This document shows positions 57,182-64,000 of a DNA stretch of 64,000 nucleotides, piece by piece; the stretch's first letter is position 1; each line of letters starts with the position of its first letter. This DNA comes from Salpingoeca rosetta. Lineage: Eukaryota; Protista; Choanoflagellata. The translations under genes and the position numbers were made by a program. The stretch spans positions 313,271-377,270 of the forward strand of contig JAWQFM010000017.1 of NCBI GenBank assembly GCA_033442325.1, read 5' to 3'. Below the pieces are notes generated by a model. That model was not told the origin of the DNA. It did not search any database and saw nothing but the letters and a program-made list of their open reading frames with translations.

Positions 57182-60100
57182 ATGCGTCTGCCACAGCCAC
57201 AGCCACCACCGCCGCAGCGAGCACACAAGGCCTTGAGCTGTGTCCATGATGGTGGCGCAGGGGAGCGCACGCGGGCTCCAGCGAGGCGGCAGCGTCGACG
57301 CACTGTGCTGCCTGCCACTCACACGAGCAGCGTTGGCGGCGGGCGCGCGGGTTCGGCGCTTGCCACCTTGTTCTTCTTCCTGCTCACGTCCTCGGCCATG
57401 CTCGTGCCGTTGACGGTGCTGGTGTGTCCTGGCAGCGCCGATGCTGCGCCCGTACCGGCCGCGAGTCCGCTGCGTGCGCGCCTTGTGCTGCCTGCCAACA
57501 CCCCTCTCCTTCGCCACGACATACACCGCCGTGCAGCCAACGACACCACAACCACAACCACAGTGAATGCGACCACAACAACAACCACAACTGCAGCGAA
57601 TGCAACAACAGCGGTGTTCACCACCACCACCACCACAACAACAACTACAACAACAGCAACCACAACAACAACCACTGCGACAACCACAACAACAGTGACT
57701 ACAGCAAACAACACGACCACCAAGACTGTGGTCAACCCAGCTGCGTCCTCCCCATCTTCATCAACAGCACACAACGCAACAACAACAGCAACGAGCGAAC
57801 CCACACCGACAGCTGGGCCAACACGTGGCTCTGGCACCGACAAGGAGCCATGGTACGAGGAGTACCTCTACTACATGATAGGGGCCGGCGCGCTGATTGT
57901 CATCCTTGTCATTGTGACCGTCGTGCTGTGCTGCTGCGGATGCAGTCGCTGCTGTTCGTGCTGCCGCAACAGCAACTGCTGCTGCTATTGCTGGTCAGGC
58001 GCCAAGCAACCCTCCTCCTCCTCCTCTTCCTCCTCCTCATCGTCAACAAAGGCCCAGCCGTCATCATTAACCAAGATAGCGTCCACGAGAGATGGCGCAT
58101 GCAAAGTGAGGGTGGACCGGGGTTTGGCTTTTGACAGCGACGCAGAGGCGCTTGAGCTGCAGTTGACGCGGCACCACCAGCTGCTGGCCGACCCGATGTT
58201 GGCACGTGCGCACCTGAAGGGCTACGAGCACCCGCCCCCGCTGTACGAACAGCTCATGGAGATGATCGACGAGCCATACTTTCGCAAGTTTCCTCGATCA
58301 AACCTCACGGTGCGTGCGTGTTTGTATTTGTTTCTGTGTATGCGTGTGTGTGTGTGTGTTTTTGTGTGCGTGCGTTTGTGTGTGTGTGTTTGTGTGTGCG
58401 TGCGTTTGTGTGTGTGTTTACATGGTTCGTATTTGTTTTTTGTTTTTCTCTCTCTCTCTCTCTTTATGTGTGTGTGTGTTCCTTGTGTTTGCACGCCATT
58501 CCCTCCACCACCACGTATGGGCACCTCCCCATAATCAACTCACACGTCCCCCCCCCTAATCACATTCCCCCACCTGCCAACTTCGCTCTCCCCCACCTGC
58601 GCAGGTGCTTGAGAGCATTGCATCGGGCCACTTTACACAGACGCACCGCGCGCTATTGCGCAACATTGACGGCGACACGGCACCTCTTTCCGTGGACATG
58701 AAGACAGCACTCAGTGACATCGGCAGAACGAAGCTGCTGCAGGAGGCTGTGATTGCAGCCCAGTTTACGCACCGCAACGTGCTTGCGCTTGTTGGCGTAG
58801 CACCTGATTCGCCCCATGGGTTTGCGGCGGTGTACGAGCACGTGGAGAAGGGCCCGCTGGACCGCTACCTGCGCATGTCCAGCGAGAGTACGTCGCTCCC
58901 ACGCAAGGTGCGTCCAATGGTGATGATTGGTGATTGGTGATGATGCCTTGGATGGATGGCATGTTCGTTGAGGGGTTATGGCTGTCTGTTGTTGATTTGG
59001 GTTTTGGTTCGCTCACACCAGCCCAAACTCCTGCCCCGTCCTGTTTCTTCCTTATCTCCAGGTCCAGATGATGTGCGACGTTGTTGCCGGCATGCGCTAC
59101 TTGGCTCACCACTCCTTTGTCGTAGGGGTGAGTACCCTGCTGCGTGTGTATGTGCGTGCGTGCATTCTTGTGTAAATGCGCGCGTGTGCGTGTGCGTGTG
59201 TGTGCATTCTTGTGTGTGTGTGTGCTTGTGTGCCAAGCACTTTCCATTTTCACGTGCCTCCAACTCCCTCCCATTTCTCCAACCTCACCACCACCACCAC
59301 CACCATCGCCACGACTGTTGCCCGCTGTGCACAGGATCTGACTGCCCAGCACGTGGTGGTTGACATTGACTGCACGTGCAAGATTGGTGGCTTTGGTGTC
59401 ACGCGTGATGTCTCAGACACATCCAACACGGCAACCGACCTGCGCATACGCTGGGCAGCACGCGAGCTGCTACCACCAGCGGAGGTGGTGGCGACGCTTG
59501 CGTGGCGGCGGTCTGGTGACAGCGGACTCGATGTCCCCCTCCACGTCATTGCAGCGCAGGCACACACCGTGCAGTACACCCAGGATGCTACAACACGTGC
59601 GTCTTCAGTTGTGTGTGTGTGCGGTTACTTGTGTGGTGGCATTAGTGTGTGCTTTTGTGTGTGGTTGCTTGTGTGGTGAGAGTGAGTGTGTTTGTGTGTG
59701 TGTTTGTGTGTGTGTGTGTGTGCATGCCCATGCGATTGCTTGTTGCACGCCACACCAAGCCATGTCCTCTCTGGCAACTCACACGTGCGTTGTCATGACA
59801 CGATGCCAGGATGACGGACGTGTGGGCGTTTGGGGTTGTGCTGTGGGAGATTATGTCGCGTGGGGAGCGTCCCTTTGGGCAGATGACCGACAGCAAGATT
59901 GTCGCCGCCGTGCACAGGGGCGAGCGCCTGCACCCGCCCATCCAGTGCCCCGTCGATATCTACAGGTCTGCACAGCATAGCGTGCCGTGGCTTTGGTCTT
60001 GGATTGTACTTGTGGATCGTACTTGTCCTGTCTCATCTACAATTCGCACACACGCACACACACACACACAGACAATACACAGACACACACAGACACAGAC

Positions 60101-60950
60101 ACAGACACAGACACAGACACAGACACAGACACACACAGACACACACAGGCACAGACACAGACACATACACAGACACAGACACAGACACAGACACAGACAC
60201 AGACACGCTCGCTCACCCCCACCACCCCCATTCCACCACCCCTGCGCCTCGTCTCTCCATATGCGTGTGCGCGTGTGTGTCAGGGTGATGATTGAGTGCT
60301 GGCATCCTGATCCGCTTCGCCGTCCGTCCTTCGACGCCCTCGCCGCCACGCTCGAGAGCATACGCACCGTTGTCGGCGATCCAGAGACAACCGAGGAGAC
60401 GAACATCGACGCTGCGGTTGCTGCTGCTGCTGCTGCTGGTGGTGGTGGTGGTGGTGGTGGTGGTGTGACGAATGCGTCCACTGCTGCCCCTGGTGCTGCT
60501 GTTGGTGCAGTGTCATCGACAGCTGCTGCCACCGTCAACACCAGCACCGGCAACAGCCGCACCACCACGCCATCTTCCACCACTGCAATAGCAGCTGCTA
60601 CTGGCTCATCAAGCAGAGGCGACAGGGCAGGCGGGGCGACCACCACCACGAGTTCATCCACTCTGACAGGTGTTGGCGGTGGTGTTTGGACTGCGCACGC
60701 GCCGGAGTTGTCGCGATCTGCGAGCGATGACAGCAAGGGCGCACGGGAGAAGGAGCTCGCTGCACTTCAGGTGGGCTCTTCTTGTCGTGATTGTGTTGGT
60801 TTGTGTGCACGTGAGAGGCCCCCGGGGAGGGGAGGGGTTACGGTCGTTTTGCTATCCCTTCTTTCCGTGCGATGTGTGTGCGAAACACACACATACACAT
60901 GCATTCACACACATACATACACACGCACTCACATACACATGCATTCACAT

Positions 60951-61014
<64 letters not shown>

Positions 61015-64000
61015 CATCATCATCATCATCAAACAGCGGTCGTACGTGGGCATGGCAGTACCGCCGTCGACAACAGCACAAGTGGTAGCGTCGCTGGCAA
61101 AGGAGATCGCGCGTCGCGGCTCGGACGAGCTTGCAGGCAAATCGGCAGCAACGTCCGGAATCGAGTCCATGGCCGTCTCGGACGACACAAAGGTGCCGCA
61201 TGCATACACTCTGTGCGCGTGCTTGTGCACGTGTTTGTTGTTGGAGTTTTGGGTGCATGCTTGTGTGTGTGTGTGTGTGTGCATTTGCGTGGACGCATGT
61301 GGCTTGTGGCCGATGTGCTCGTCACATCATACCGTGCGTTGGCTCGATTGCCACATGTCACACACCGTAACTCACAGCACACTTCACTGCGCACGACCAC
61401 ACAACCAGGCGTCGAGCCAGGCGGCTGCACGGTCGTCAGAGGTGTCCAAGACAGCACCGCGGCGCCTCTCGTCCTCAACCACTGCGCCCCAAGTACGCAC
61501 ACGCACACGCACACTCACACGCACACTCACACGCACACGCACACGCACACGCACACGCACACGCGCACGCACACGCACACGCACACGCACACGCACACGC
61601 ACACGCACACGCACACGCACACGGCGTTTGTGGTTGCATCTATTTGCGTGCGTGCTTTCTGCTTGCACCTGCATGTACGTATATGTGCGAACCGTATGCA
61701 CTTTCATTATGCTCACAACCATGTCCACCACCCATTCCGTCCCCGTTGTCTTTTTTGCCTGCAGGTGTCTTCGCCACTCGCCCGGCGCAAACCGGCCTTC
61801 ACGAAACTTTTTGATCCACGTGAGTGTGCGGACGCGTGTTATTTGTGGATTGTTGCAACACCAATGCCGTCAAATGTGCCGTTGTGCACCCACGTGTCAC
61901 CTCCTCACGTGTCACACCTCCCCTTTGCCTCATGCCGCCCACTATCTCTTTGAACGTTCATTGGCCCACTCAATTTTTGCGCTCACACGCTCGTTATCCT
62001 TCCACCACGTCACCACACCCTGACTATTCACCCCCTTCCAATGACAGCTGGTGCCGGCAAAGACAGCGAGGGCAACGATAGTGTTGAGGATGTGTTCACG
62101 AGCAAGACCGGCAAGGACACGAGTGCTGGTGTACCCATGGCGAAGGAGCCCAACAACTATCTCGAGATTATGCCCCACGATGTCAACCAGACCTTCCCTC
62201 GCATGAAGCCAAGTCAGTTACCATGGCCGTACTCGTGAACACGTGTGTGTGTCTTTGTTCTCGTGCTTGTTCTTGCAGTTGTTTGGTCTCGTGCTTGTTG
62301 TGTGTTTTGTTTGTTCTTGCGCTTGTTTGTTTGTGTGCGTGTTTGTTTGTTCCGCACTGGTATCGGCAACACTACCTGCATGTTGCTCACCTCCATGCTC
62401 ATCCTCCTGCCGCCTCTTCACACTCTTGTCACGCCACTCTTTCTTATCCCTGTTTTGTTTTTCTCGCTCGGTACAGGTGTACAGCAGCGCGCCCGCGACA
62501 GGGACAGCGACGGCGACAAGCACAGCGACGAAGACGATGCGTACCAGGTGCGTGGCGCCAGCGGACCTTGCACATGTGTTTGTGTGTGTTTGTGTGTTTT
62601 GTGTGTTTGCTCAAACCCCCATTTTCTCGACGCTGTTGTCGATTTGCTTCCACCACCGCCATTCCAATCACCACGGCTCACCTCTTATCCCCTCCCCTCT
62701 CCTCAAAACCGATGACGCCACGACTACCAGCCCGAGCAGCTTGGCGAGCAGAACAAGGCCGTGTCGACACCAACGCTGTCCGGGCGGCGCTCCATTGCCC
62801 GCCGCCTTCTCGCCTCTGCTGCCTCATCAGCCAGCACGCACGCTGCTGCTGCCGCGGACACAGCAGGAGAGGCAACAGATGCAACAACTGGTGCACCAGC
62901 ACTGGCGATACCGTCGTCACCGGGAACAACAACGACAGCATCGACGACAACGTCAACCACGATGCTGCCGTCGAGTCCGCTCACGCCGCTGCTCACCACG
63001 CCCGCCACCCGTGTTGGCCGCTACACCAACCGCGATGGCGATGATGGGGATGATGGGGATGATGGGGATGATGGTGATGTAGGGAGTGATGGCCGCTGCA
63101 TTGCCCACCGCCCCCGCGGCCGCGTTGCACCCGGGGACGTGTTCATTACCACCACCAACGACGACGATGACGAGGGTGAGGGCGATGGCGGCGGTGGCCT
63201 GGACGAGAGCACGGCTGCGCTGCTGCCCCACTCGTCGTCGCCACCCGATTCCCCGCGCAAGACCGCGATGAGCCTGGCGCTTGAAGGGGTGAAGCGATCG
63301 CCCCAGCACCGCGTCGAGGGTCCACCACAGCGGCCCAAGAGCGAACACTTTCCAAGCGGCAGCGGCAGCGGTGGCGGTGGTGGTGGCGGTGGTGACCATC
63401 GGCCACACATCCCACCGCTCGTGCCCTATCAGACCATCCGTCCCCACGCCAAGGCGGCAACGATGGCTGCAACAACAGCAACAGCAACAGCAACAGGAAC
63501 AACAGCCACGACACCGCCACGGTCGTTCCTGCACCGGCAGCGGAGCGGGGAGACGGCCGAGGACGTGCAGGCGGCATTTGAGGCAGCAGTGGCAGCAGCG
63601 GCGGCACTCGACGAGGGCATGACACACTCCAATGCATCCGCCACCACGAACAGCAATGCAACAGCAGCGACAACGGCAGCACCAGCAGCAGCGGTTGGCG
63701 TGGGGTCGTCGCTGTCGAGAACGACTGCTGGTTCGCCGCACCATTCCCATCGCCAGCACTTGCACCCGCACCGCCACTCGCACCACTCGCACCACTCGCA
63801 CCACTCGCACCACTCGCACCACCACCCACACACACCCGTGCATGTTGGCCCACAGCCACACGCCCACGCCCACCTTCACGCCCACGGCACTGCGCAGACA
63901 CAGGGGTACTATGCTCCGTTTGCTGGGAGTCCCGGCAGCACGAGCCGCCGCAGCAGCACGGGCAGTGGCGCCCCGCGGAGCAGGCTTGGTAGCGGGCACG
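57182..64000 (+). CDS. Receptor tyrosine kinase-like protein (predicted pseudokinase) with Thr-rich ectodomain; 3' end beyond the window
   Basis: Hydrophobic signal region, poly-Thr mucin-like stalk with NxT sequons, TM YYMIGAGALIVILVIVTVVL and a Cys cluster. The TK fold is EAVIAAQFTHRNVLALVGV, YEHVEKGPLDRYLR, IRWAARE, TDVWAFGVVLWEIMSRGERPF, CPVDIY|RVMIECW..RRPSF. A long low-complexity tail follows. The start codon is uncertain. Confidence 0.88.

Overview
Intron-rich eukaryotic genomic DNA with extensive (CA)n/(GT)n microsatellites in introns, short intergenic spacers and four 100-N assembly gaps. The style and gene content (SH2/PDZ proteins, receptor tyrosine kinase, ciliary FAM183) fit a choanoflagellate such as Salpingoeca rosetta; this is an inference. 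I assembled about 16 genes by hand across GT-AG introns: a MULE-like/C2H2 gene fragment, a UBL-UBL-PUB-STI1-UIM protein, an intronless BTB-SPRY protein, a UBL/TMEM272-like membrane protein, a PDZ-like/SH2 protein, a neurabin/spinophilin-like scaffold, a probably mitochondrial LysRS, MRPL35, LIN37, STRAP, PUS3, FAM183/CFAP144, MetRS, Ran, VMP1 and a receptor tyrosine pseudokinase that runs off the end. The most anomalous element is a ~480-bp non-coding island (29011-29492) inside a LysRS intron. It has foreign composition, nested long-range complementarity and duplicated CA-tract flanks. All family assignments come from recognising motifs by eye, not from database searches.
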